NCBI GenBank assembly: GCA_031425655.1
Contig: JANPJS010000084.1
Location: forward strand, 1 to 36,811
Direction of reading: 5' to 3'
Length of the DNA stretch: 36,811 bases
Source: Abditibacteriaceae bacterium
GTDB lineage: Bacteria > Armatimonadota > Abditibacteriia > Abditibacteriales > Abditibacteriaceae
Part shown: positions 1 to 8,416 of the stretch, piece after piece
Numbering within the stretch: position 1 is the first letter of the stretch
Layout of the letters: every line of letters begins with the position of its first letter
Program-made: the position numbers and the translations under genes
Notes under the pieces: generated by a model
What the model was told of the DNA's origin: nothing
Seen by the model: only the letters and a program-made list of their open reading frames with translations
Database searches by the model: none

Positions 1-2
1 GG

Positions 3-1112
3 AAAAACGGCGCCGTCGCCCCCAGCAACCGCATCGTCATGGGGGGCATCGGCATCGGCAGTCAGGGCGGCGGCGATCAGGGCGCGTTCTTTGGCCGCGA
101 CGACACGCAATACGTCGCGGTGTGCGACGTGAAGAAAGCCGTGCGCGAAGGCTCGAAGAATCGTATTGATCAGCATTACGGCAATAAAGATTGCACTGCG
201 TATAACGATTTTCGAGAACTGCTCGCGCGGCCTGACATTGACGCTGTTCATATCGCCACGCCGGATCACTGGCACGCGGTGCAGGTGACGTGGGCGTGTC
301 GCGCCGGTAAGGATGTTTACGTTCAGAAGCCTGAATCGCTCAGCATCCGCGAAGGCCGTGTCATGGTCGAGACGGCGCGTCGTTTTAATCGCGTTGTCTC
401 CGGCGGAAGCCAGCGCGTGATGGGCGATTATATGCCTACCGTGCGCAAATTTTGGAGCGGCGAGGGAGGCACGCCCAAAGAGGTTTACGTCAATTGCGGC
501 GGTCCCTCGATTCCGTGTTACCTGCCGGGCGAGCCGGTGCCCGAAGGCGTTGACTGGGATATGTGGCTGGGGCCGGCGCCGTATTCGCCTTTCCATCCAT
601 ATCGCATCAGCGGCTCCTACAACATCAATGGCACGAGTTGGCGCTCGTTTCGAGATTATTCCGGCGGCGGCATGACCGATTGGGGCGCCCACCATTTCGG
701 CGGGATGATGTTCGCTGTGAACAAAATGGAAGAAGGCCCGGTTGCAGTCACCCCTCCCGATGGTAAGGAACATAAATATCTGACCTATCGTTTCGCGGAT
801 GGTATGTTGCTTTACCACGGCAAAAGCGTGGAAGTTATTGGCGACGGCATCCCGGTCGCCCCGCGTGAGATTCCGCAATACAAGGGTTCTGGAGGCATCT
901 ACGGCGACTTTATTCACTGTGTGCGCACGCGTGAAAAACCGTTCCGCGACATCGAGCGTGCCCATCGCACGACATCAATCTGTCATCTGGGCAACATTTG
1001 CTATCAGCTCAACCGTCCGCTGAAGTGGGACCCGATTAAAGAAGAATTCCCCGGCGACGAGCAGGCGAATCGCCTCCGCGACCGCGCCCGCCGTGAGCCT
1101 TGGACGATCTGA
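3..1112 (+). CDS. Gfo/Idh/MocA family NAD(P)-dependent oxidoreductase (5' truncated by the window edge)
   Basis: The frame is open from base 3 (KNGAVAPSNRIVMGGIGIGSQG, Rossmann Gly-rich loop). Family motifs: 'YNDFRELLARPDIDAVHIATPDHWH', 'GKDVYVQKP', 'DWDMWLGPAP', 'DWGAHH'. Confidence 0.93.
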   Translation, partial: KNGAVAPSNRIVMGGIGIGSQGGGDQGAFFGRDDTQYVAVCDVKKAVREGSKNRIDQHYGNKDCTAYNDFRELLARPDIDAVHIATPDHWHAVQVTWACRAGKDVYVQKPESLSIREGRVMVETARRFNRVVSGGSQRVMGDYMPTVRKFWSGEGGTPKEVYVNCGGPSIPCYLPGEPVPEGVDWDMWLGPAPYSPFHPYRISGSYNINGTSWRSFRDYSGGGMTDWGAHHFGGMMFAVNKMEEGPVAVTPPDGKEHKYLTYRFADGMLLYHGKSVEVIGDGIPVAPREIPQYKGSGGIYGDFIHCVRTREKPFRDIERAHRTTSICHLGNICYQLNRPLKWDPIKEEFPGDEQANRLRDRARREPWTI

Positions 1113-1152
1113 CGAGTCTCACAGGGTTCAAACATGGATTGGGTAACGAACC

Positions 1153-1194
1153 ACTGCCTGCCGGCATCTTTGCCCGGCAGGCAGTTTGAGTTTT
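1153..1194 (+). terminator. Probable intrinsic terminator
   Basis: Perfect 12-bp stem ACTGCCTGCCGG (1153-1164) / CCGGCAGGCAGT (1174-1185), followed by TTGAGTTTT, 40 bp after the oxidoreductase stop. Confidence 0.7.
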
Positions 1195-1310
1195 AGGTTC
1201 TTGCTGACTTAGACAACTGAAAATACTGCACTTTGTAGCCTATGTCCGGCATCCACTCAATCCACCGCACCATCAGGCGTGGAGGTATTAAGTAGTCAGA
1301 CAGAAATAGA

Positions 1311-1530
1311 TTAAACCGCAGAGACGCCGAGAGCGCAGAGGCAAAAAGAGCTTCGGGCCAACAGCAGGCGCACAATCCTGGCCCAGACTGGCCACCTCCC
1401 GGCACGGCCACCTCCCGGCACGGCCACCTCCCGGCACGGCCACCTCCCGGCACGGCCACCTCCCGGCACCGCGCCCTGCCCCTCCCCAACCTCTCTCAGG
1501 CTCGGCGCCCTCGGCGTCTCTGCGGTTTAA
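1311..1530. repeat. REP/MITE-like element bounded by 30-bp inverted repeats
   Basis: TTAAACCGCAGAGACGCCGAGAGCGCAGAG (1311-1340) matches the reverse complement of 1501-1530 at 28/30 positions. Both ends terminate in TTAA. Confidence 0.8.
1390..1469. repeat. Perfect tandem repeat, 5 x 16 bp (GGCCACCTCCCGGCAC)
   Basis: Units start at 1390, 1406, 1422, 1438 and 1454, with no spacers. Confidence 0.97.
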
Positions 1531-1633
1531 CTTAATTTTGTTCAGCCACTTAACCAACCTGACGCCAACTTTTGGCGCCGTGATAACGCGTGGAATATCG
1601 GCCTGTGTCGCAATCTATGGGAAAGGAAAATCT

Positions 1634-2395
1634 ATGTCGCGCAACTTGGGAGACCACGCCGAACAACTAAAATCTCAGGGCTATACCATCGTCGAAAACG
1701 TGTTCAATCGCGCCGAAATTGAAACGGCAAACGTGCTGCTGGACACGATTTTCGAGCGCGAGCGTGTCATTGGGCCACAACGCAACTGGCATAACGATAC
1801 CTACAAAGTGGCTTATATGCTGCCGCAAAAGGAGCCGTTGTTTTTGCAATTTGGTTTAAACCCGCGCGTGTTACCGTTAATGCAAATGCTGCTTGGTGAA
1901 CGGTGCGTTTTGGGCAGTTTGAACGGGCTTTCAATGACGCCGGGCGGGCAAGGGCAGAGTTTGCATCTCGATCAACCGGAAACGGTGCCCGGCGCAGTGC
2001 TTTATGTCAATGCCTTGCACACATTGGATGATTTTACGCGCGAAAACGGCTGCACCCGCGTGGTGCCCGGCAGCCAGAACCGGCCCATGCCAAGCGATTC
2101 GGAACGAGAAAAAATTGAAGCCGAAGCAGTCTACTTAGAAGCCCCGGCGGGTAGCCTGATCGCTTTCAACGGCGGCCTGTGGCACGCCGGGAGCCAAAAC
2201 AAAACTGATAAGCCGCGCCGGGCGATTCATGCGTTTTATCATCGCTCGTGGTTGCAGCCCCAGTGGGATTATCCGCGTAGCTTATCGCCGGAAGTTATCG
2301 CCACGATGACCGATGAGCAAAAGCGTTTATTTGGTTTCCATGCTCGCCCACAGTGGTATGACTGGCAAAGCGATGAAGTAAAACGCGGCGCTTGA
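1634..2395 (+). CDS. Phytanoyl-CoA dioxygenase (PhyH) family Fe(II)/2-oxoglutarate oxygenase
   Basis: Motifs 'QGYTIVENVF', HxD in 'LHLDQ', 'LDDFTRENGCTRVVPGS' and distal His in 'LWHAGSQN...RRAI'. The ATG at 1634 follows an AAGGA RBS and is preferred over the TTG at 1538. Confidence 0.9.
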   Translation: MSRNLGDHAEQLKSQGYTIVENVFNRAEIETANVLLDTIFERERVIGPQRNWHNDTYKVAYMLPQKEPLFLQFGLNPRVLPLMQMLLGERCVLGSLNGLSMTPGGQGQSLHLDQPETVPGAVLYVNALHTLDDFTRENGCTRVVPGSQNRPMPSDSEREKIEAEAVYLEAPAGSLIAFNGGLWHAGSQNKTDKPRRAIHAFYHRSWLQPQWDYPRSLSPEVIATMTDEQKRLFGFHARPQWYDWQSDEVKRGA

Positions 2396-2534
2396 TTTCG
2401 ATTGCTGTGGCACTACAATCAAGTGTGTGAATAGCAACTTTTACAGGCGCAACTGCCGCTTCGGGCTTAACTGCCGTTTCGGGTGCAGCCGCGTCGTGGA
2501 TATCGTGGACGCTTCCGAATCAGGGGAACCTTAA

Positions 2535-2795
2535 ATGGAGATAAACCAGCCTAAGAACCCGTTGCATGGTGTCACGCTGGAACAAATGTTGACCGAGTTA
2601 GTAGATCACTTTGGCTGGCAGGCATTGGGGCAGCGCATCCGCATCCGCTGCTTCACCAGCGAACCCAGCATCGCTTCAAGCCTCAAATTCTTGCGCAAAA
2701 CCCTCTGGGCACGGCAAGAAGTCGAAAGTCTGTATTTGTTTCTGCTCCGTGAGAAAGCACGTCAAAAGCGGCAAACACAGCGAAACAACTCCTAA
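2535..2795 (+). CDS. VF530 / DUF2132 family putative DNA-binding protein
   Basis: Family signature 'NPLHGVTLEQMLTELVDHFGW..LG.RI.IRCF...PSI.SSLKFLRKT.WAR..VE.LYL'. Confidence 0.92.
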   Translation: MEINQPKNPLHGVTLEQMLTELVDHFGWQALGQRIRIRCFTSEPSIASSLKFLRKTLWARQEVESLYLFLLREKARQKRQTQRNNS

Positions 2796-3175
2796 AAACC
2801 AAGCTGCAATGACCGTCCACGATTCTTTTCCGACCTAAAGAGTAAGGTTTTACCGGGAATTTAGTGGAAGGTGCTAAAATCAGCCGATTTCACCTGAACA
2901 CTTTTTCACGTTGCCTTAGCATTTGGGGTAAAGGGAGCCATCAATGCTCAACCTGAATAATGCCATGACAGATAAGGTCAAACGGGAATACTTTACTCCT
3001 CAAAACAATGGCAAGAGGCTCTCGAAAGCGGGAATGTTTCCCCTATGCCAGCATCACCTTCTAAGGGTGATTTGGCTTGCTTCCATTAAATTCCCAGTAG
3101 AACCAAGAGTAAGAATTTCTTCAAGCCTTCCTAATTTCCCCTTATTATTCACAGTCTTTGGCAAACTGGCGGATT

Positions 3176-4978
3176 ATGATGACCACCATTTGTGCTTCTC
3201 ATCGCGCTGCGCCTTCGGATTGGGCACTGGCGCAGCGATCCTTGATTGCTCAGATGAACGAGGCTGCCCCGCTTTTTCAAGAGCGTTATACGCGCGCCGA
3301 CGGCACGTTTATTTGGCGCCAGAGTTGGCCGGGCATGGATGGCTCGGACGATGGCTACGAAAGTTACCACAACTGGCCGTTATTTTACGCCCTTGGCGGC
3401 TCCGACGACCTGCACCGGCGCAGTCGGTTTCTCTGGGATGCCGTCACGCGCCAATTCACCGCCTACGGTCAGGTGTGGCGCGAATTCGACGCCTACTACG
3501 ATTGGATGCATCACGGCGAAAGCTCTATTTACTTTTACTATTTTGGGTTGGCCGACCCCAATGTTCACGTTGATCGTGCCCTCACTTTGCGGTTTGCCGG
3601 GATGTATATGGGCGAGGATGCCGAAGCCTGCAACTGGGACAACGAACACCGCATGATGCGCTCGCCGATTAACGGCAGCAAAGGGCCGCGACTGGAAAAC
3701 TCGTGGGATGACTGGGCCACGCACCGCGCGATTTTAGCCAACTATCCGGCGCCTTTTGAAGATATTCCCGGTGTGACTACGCCGATTGCCGATTGGAATG
3801 ATGACACGGTTTATGGCGAGATTTTGCGCCTTTTAAACCAACGTCAGATGCGAGGCGATGTGCCGCTCAACCTCACCAGCACCAGCCTTATCACGCACGC
3901 TTATCTTTATACCGGCGAGGAGCATTATCGCCGCTGGGTGCTGGATTATTTGGAAGCGTGGGCCGGGCGCATCAAAGACAATGATGGCCTCTGCCCTGAT
4001 AACATCGGCCCCAACGGCATTATCGGCGAGTTGATGGGAGGCAAGTGGTGGGGTGGCTACTACGGCTGGCGCTGGCCGCATGGTTTCATGAGCATCATTC
4101 AACCGCTGACCATCGCGGCTATGAATGCTGTGCTTCTGACTGGCGACATGAGCTATCTGGATATTCCACGCGGCCAACTCGACCGAATGCTCGAATTAGG
4201 CCGCGAAGAAAACGGGCAACTGCTGGTGCCGCACCGTTACACCGATGCCGGTTGGACGGCCTATCAGCCACTGGCCCCCGAATTTCCCTTGCAAATCTGG
4301 AATATGTCGCAAGACCCGCGCGATTTAAAACGCCTCGACCTATTTCCCGAACGCCACACAACCTGGCATGAAGTGAGGCCCGGCAGGGGCAAAGGCGACG
4401 ATATCCATATCGCGCCCTGGTTTTGTTACCTCAACGGCACCAAGCCGGGCTACCCGCAGCAAATTCTGAACGCTCAATGGGAAGAAGTGGCGGCGCGCAT
4501 GGAACGCATCGCCAATGACAGCGGCGACCCTGAATCATGGGATGTGCATCACTGGCAGGAACTCAATCCGGTGCATACCGAAGCTCTGGTGCAACTGACC
4601 TGCGGCGGGCCGCAAATCATCTATCACGGTGGCTTGTTGCATATGCGTCTGCGCTACTTTGACAGCATCACGTCTCGCCCTGGCTTACCGCCCGACGTAG
4701 GCGCTTTGGTTTGCGCGTTGGACGCGCAAAGCACGACCGTCACCTTGTCTAATATTAGCCCGCTACATGAACGCCGCCTGATGGTGCAGGCCGGTGCATT
4801 TGGCGAACATGAGTTCACTGATCTGCTGAATTTGAGCGAAGATACAGCGCCGCTTGCTATCAACCACAAACACTTAGCCGTGACACTGCCACCGGGTCAT
4901 AGCATCACCTTAAAACTCGGTATGCGCCGCTATGTGAATCAACCAAGCTATGGAGGGATTACAGAGTCGCATATCTGA
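3176..4978 (+). CDS. Hypothetical protein (~600 aa), probable enzyme of unknown function
   Basis: Long ORF rich in W/Y/D/H motifs (DDGYESYHNWPLFYALGG, YDWMHHGE, GKWWGGYYGWRWPHG). No signal peptide. The ATG at 3176 is preferred over the TTG at 3158. Confidence 0.8.
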   Translation: MMTTICASHRAAPSDWALAQRSLIAQMNEAAPLFQERYTRADGTFIWRQSWPGMDGSDDGYESYHNWPLFYALGGSDDLHRRSRFLWDAVTRQFTAYGQVWREFDAYYDWMHHGESSIYFYYFGLADPNVHVDRALTLRFAGMYMGEDAEACNWDNEHRMMRSPINGSKGPRLENSWDDWATHRAILANYPAPFEDIPGVTTPIADWNDDTVYGEILRLLNQRQMRGDVPLNLTSTSLITHAYLYTGEEHYRRWVLDYLEAWAGRIKDNDGLCPDNIGPNGIIGELMGGKWWGGYYGWRWPHGFMSIIQPLTIAAMNAVLLTGDMSYLDIPRGQLDRMLELGREENGQLLVPHRYTDAGWTAYQPLAPEFPLQIWNMSQDPRDLKRLDLFPERHTTWHEVRPGRGKGDDIHIAPWFCYLNGTKPGYPQQILNAQWEEVAARMERIANDSGDPESWDVHHWQELNPVHTEALVQLTCGGPQIIYHGGLLHMRLRYFDSITSRPGLPPDVGALVCALDAQSTTVTLSNISPLHERRLMVQAGAFGEHEFTDLLNLSEDTAPLAINHKHLAVTLPPGHSITLKLGMRRYVNQPSYGGITESHI

Positions 4979-5111
4979 TCTCAAGTTTCAGCGGTAATTA
5001 TCAAGTGCTGCGGCAATATGTGCGAATGAGCAGCGTGCCTATGCCGCAAAAACCGAACATCGGAATACGATGTTCGGTTTTTGCTTTTATAACTCCACCT
5101 GTTCCAATAGC

Positions 5112-5459
5112 TTACGGCGCTTGCTTGCCGCGCGGTTGCACGATGCTCATCAGCGAGTGCAACAAGCGGGTGCGATACTCCGTTGCTGTTGTCACGTTGC
5201 GCTGGTGGAGTTCCAGAAGAGCGGTGTCCACCTCGAAGGCGCCCTCGGCGGTCTGATGCATGGGGATTGTGGTCTTGCTGTCGCCGTCCCATTCCACTTT
5301 CGTTGTAGCGGCTAAATTGGGTTCGGGTTCAGCGGCGCCGGCCTGAGGCGGCTTGACCTCGGTGTAATACGTCTCAACCGTCATCTCGCCGGCATCTTGG
5401 ATAGTATCGACTATCTTTTGCGCCGCTTTGCGAATAGAATTTTCCAGTTCGTTGGCCAC
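5112..5459 (-). CDS. Hypothetical protein, 115 aa; stand-alone copy of the domain shared with the two upstream genes
   Basis: GTG start with strong RBS (AAGGAG-AAAACT-GTG), 10 bp after the upstream stop. Motif 'VETYY...AATTKVEWDGDSKTTIP...LLELHQRNVTTATEYRTRLL'. Confidence 0.85.
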   Translation of the reverse strand: MANELENSIRKAAQKIVDTIQDAGEMTVETYYTEVKPPQAGAAEPEPNLAATTKVEWDGDSKTTIPMHQTAEGAFEVDTALLELHQRNVTTATEYRTRLLHSLMSIVQPRGKQAP

Positions 5460-5469
5460 AGTTTTCTCC

Positions 5470-6261
5470 TTAAATCGGTTGCCGGCTGCTTTGCAGTTCC
5501 AGCATTTGCTTGATAAATCTTAGCACGGCTGGCAGGGCCAACAACGGCCCGCCGGGTAGGGCCAGCCGAAACGCCAGGCTGATCGCCATTTGCACACTGG
5601 CCGCGAACATTTTCAGCATGGTTTCGCGCGATTTCAACGCCAAAGCGACCGTGCGTTGATGCAGCGTTACTTCTTCGACCGTTTTTCCGCCCGGCCACAC
5701 GGTTTGCACGTCGCCCGCCCAACTCACGACGGTGCGGCCCAACAAACGCCCCGCAATGCGCGTTTCGATCAACACCGAGTCCGCGACGCTTTGCCGCAGT
5801 TTATCCATGAGTGATTGGAAAACTTGTTGGGCCTGCTCCCAGCCTTGCATGGGCGCCGCCGCTAAGTCGGCGCCCATGCCGAAACTGACCTGCGCTTCAC
5901 CTGGCGGCGTTTGACCTTGCAGCAGGGCCAATAATTCGCGTTCGGGCGGAAGCAGGTCTTGATCCGGCTCGGCGCCGACGGCAAACGAAACGGCGGAATC
6001 GGAGGCGATTGGTTGCAATTGTTCGAGCCGGCCTGCTGCTGCCGCCAAGAGTTGCTGCGAGCGTTGCAGGCTGGTTTCGCTATCGCTGAGGCGCGATGCC
6101 GCCAGCGCAAAATCGTCCGGCAGATTCACCTGCCAGAGCGCCGGGGCATCGGTTGGCGCGGCAATATCGAACGATAGGGCGCCCGAAGCCGTTGCGGCAT
6201 CACTCGACCACAAATCCAACGCGTTTCCAGACGCAGTGCCGTCACACAGATTTAGCTCCAT
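5470..6261 (-). CDS. Hypothetical protein, 263 aa; helical N-terminal part, shared C-terminal domain and hydrophobic tail
   Basis: Starts 4 bp after the C25 stop. C-terminal motif 'IETRI...GRTVVSWAGDVQTVWP...TLHQRTVALALKSRETML', then hydrophobic 'MAISLAFRLALPGGPLLALPAVLRFIKQML'. Confidence 0.85.
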   Translation of the reverse strand: MELNLCDGTASGNALDLWSSDAATASGALSFDIAAPTDAPALWQVNLPDDFALAASRLSDSETSLQRSQQLLAAAAGRLEQLQPIASDSAVSFAVGAEPDQDLLPPERELLALLQGQTPPGEAQVSFGMGADLAAAPMQGWEQAQQVFQSLMDKLRQSVADSVLIETRIAGRLLGRTVVSWAGDVQTVWPGGKTVEEVTLHQRTVALALKSRETMLKMFAASVQMAISLAFRLALPGGPLLALPAVLRFIKQMLELQSSRQPI

Positions 6262-6265
6262 GAGT

Positions 6266-8371
6266 TCACAGCACTTTGACGACTTGAGCCAGACCGCTGG
6301 CCGCCGAAACCGCAGTTTTGAGCAGTTCAGCGCGATGCACCTGCGCTTGTTGCACCATCGCGACGTGAATGGCCCACAAATCGTCGTCTAAACCGCCATC
6401 GGTGGCCGGGACGCAGATTTCGGTGTCGCCGTCCAACTGAATGCGCGTAAAAGCGCGCAGGCGGGCGCCTTTCAACAAATCGTCGTTGCTTTGCGCGCTT
6501 TCCATGTCGTCGCTGACGTAGGTCTTCACTTCCAACTGCGCTACGTCCTTCACAAATTCCTGCAAAGCAACGCTCAATTGCTCGGTGAAGTCGCGTAGCG
6601 CGGCGCTGACTTTCTTCTTCAATTCGTCGGATTCGCCCCCGAAAAAGGGCACGCCAAATGAGGTCTCGCCATCTGCACCCGACGGAGGCGCGCCGAAAGA
6701 GGGCATCGCGGTCGCGGTTTGTCCGCCCATCATCACAGTGACTGTAATCGGCGGCAGAGCCGGTGCGGAAGACGCCTGCGTGCCAAAATGCGGATTCGGC
6801 GCGGATTGCGGATCGTTCGGCGGCGCGTCCGGTTTCTGTGGTTCTGTTGATTGTTGCATTGCGGTCTCCGTTGGCGCCGCTTTAGCCGGCACCGATTTGA
6901 CGAGTTCGATAATTGGCCTCTCCGGCACAGGCGCATCGCCGCTGGCGAACACCAAGCGCACCGCCGGGTCGCCGATGATGACGAAGCTGCGCGCATCGTT
7001 GTTAGCCGTCCACATTCCGGCTAATTCCAGGTCGTTGGGAATCGTGAAGTTGCGCTTGATGTCTTCCAATGCCACGGTGAGGTCGGAAGACAACTCAGCG
7101 TAGCGTTCGTTGAATTTTTCAATTGCCGAGCCAACCGGATGGCCTTCGAGCAGGCGCTTCACTGTGCTTTCATAAGCTGCGAGTTGAGGCCCGGCCCGGC
7201 CCCAGGTGAAGGAGTAGCCCCAGGCGCGCTCAACGTGGCCCAGCACCGCTAAAGCGCCGCCTTTGGGATGTCCGAGCAGTCGCTGTGGCAGGCGCGCCAC
7301 AAAAGGGTGCGGCGCGATGTCCGTCGGCGCCTTGAAAGCCATATGCGCGAAGTCGTCCAACTGCGGCGTGCCGGCGCCGTAGCAGGCGAAGTGAAAGGCA
7401 ATTAGTCCCAGCAATCGGGCGTCGTCCGCGATGTCTTCGGCGGATAGATAATGATCCTGCGAAGGCGGTCGTCTGCCCCATTCGCGCGGGCCGGGCCAAT
7501 CCTGACAAATTAGCGCGCCTTGATGCGGCAACTGGCGCGGATCGTCTTTGGGAAAGCCCATGCCGTGACTTGCCGTAAAAAGCAGCGCGGGAGTCTGAGC
7601 GCCGCCCAGCAAAGCCTGCAAATTCGATTTTTTTGCGCCGTCGCCGCTGAGCGTTTCGATTTTCCAGTCGGGCTGGTCGGCGGCTGCGTAATCGGCCAAA
7701 GGCTTGATCAAATCGCGGCTGCTGAGTTGGGTGGCTTTGTCGTCGGCATTGCAAACGCCGAAGAACGCCGCGCGGCGCGGTAGCGCAACTCCTTTGGTTT
7801 CGGCGGTCACCACGCTGCGAGCGTATTGCGCGTATTCCAGCAAAGTTGGAAAGTGGAGACGCCCAACCGCGTATTGCACGTCGAGCTGATATTGAAAGCG
7901 AAATGGGATGCCCGCCGGGTCGCCGACAAGCAGCAAATAATAAGGCACCTTTTTGGGGTCTGCCGGGCCGGGGCCGGCGCCGTAGCGCTCCAAAAACTGC
8001 TGTTTGGACTCGCCGGGCCGGTAAACGAACTCTCGATAATAGTTTTCGTTAGTCGCTGCCGTCTGCTTTTTCCGGTGTTCGATCAACTCGCGCAAGGCCT
8101 CGCGCAGTCCATCCGTAACGCTTTGGTCGGGGTTCCACGCGAAGACGATGCCCCAGCCGGTTTCCGCCAGATTTTTAGGGTCTACACCTTCAACCGGCGC
8201 GAAAGTCGGGTGTTTGGCGAGGTCGCGTTTCGCCTTTAATTCCTGCAAGTGCTTTTCGTCCACCTGCTCGCCCCGCACGATCTCCGACAACTGCTCTGGC
8301 GTCATTGGCGGCAGCAGATACTCGCCGGTCGCGCCGTTGATGCCGTTAAAAACTAACTGTTCGTCCTCCAC
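6266..8371 (-). CDS. Peptidase C25 (gingipain-like, clan CD) cysteine protease with Pro/Gln-rich linker and uncharacterised C-terminal domain
   Basis: Motifs 'PYYLLLVGDP..IPF' and 'YAVGRL', catalytic His in 'LLFTASHG', Cys in 'HFACYGAG', closing 'IIGDPAVRL'. GTG start with AAGGAG RBS. No signal peptide. Confidence 0.85.
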   Translation of the reverse strand: MEDEQLVFNGINGATGEYLLPPMTPEQLSEIVRGEQVDEKHLQELKAKRDLAKHPTFAPVEGVDPKNLAETGWGIVFAWNPDQSVTDGLREALRELIEHRKKQTAATNENYYREFVYRPGESKQQFLERYGAGPGPADPKKVPYYLLLVGDPAGIPFRFQYQLDVQYAVGRLHFPTLLEYAQYARSVVTAETKGVALPRRAAFFGVCNADDKATQLSSRDLIKPLADYAAADQPDWKIETLSGDGAKKSNLQALLGGAQTPALLFTASHGMGFPKDDPRQLPHQGALICQDWPGPREWGRRPPSQDHYLSAEDIADDARLLGLIAFHFACYGAGTPQLDDFAHMAFKAPTDIAPHPFVARLPQRLLGHPKGGALAVLGHVERAWGYSFTWGRAGPQLAAYESTVKRLLEGHPVGSAIEKFNERYAELSSDLTVALEDIKRNFTIPNDLELAGMWTANNDARSFVIIGDPAVRLVFASGDAPVPERPIIELVKSVPAKAAPTETAMQQSTEPQKPDAPPNDPQSAPNPHFGTQASSAPALPPITVTVMMGGQTATAMPSFGAPPSGADGETSFGVPFFGGESDELKKKVSAALRDFTEQLSVALQEFVKDVAQLEVKTYVSDDMESAQSNDDLLKGARLRAFTRIQLDGDTEICVPATDGGLDDDLWAIHVAMVQQAQVHRAELLKTAVSAASGLAQVVKVL

Positions 8372-8416
8372 AATTTTCTCCTTTGTAACGTTTTGTTTGC
8401 GACGATTTGTGCCGTT

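Noticed and set aside
1390..1469. CRISPR array
   Set aside because: The 16-bp units are directly adjacent with no spacers, and no cas genes are present.
1193..1557. Minus-strand ORFs of 98 and 89 aa
   Set aside because: They are translations of the tandem and inverted repeats.
2451..2483. Imperfect 15-bp direct repeat upstream of the VF530 gene
   Set aside because: Only two copies, with no supporting context for a function.
2944..3573. 209-aa plus-strand ORF, and a possible gene remnant in the AT-rich 2800-3150 stretch
   Set aside because: It overlaps the 600-aa gene out of frame, has no recognisable motifs, and there is too little evidence to call a pseudogene.
5470..6261. Bacterial gasdermin (similar size, N-terminal Cys6, next to caspase-fold proteases)
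   Set aside because: The sequence looks mostly helical, lacks the beta-rich gasdermin pattern, and instead shares its C-terminal domain with its neighbours. Foldseek on a predicted structure would settle it.
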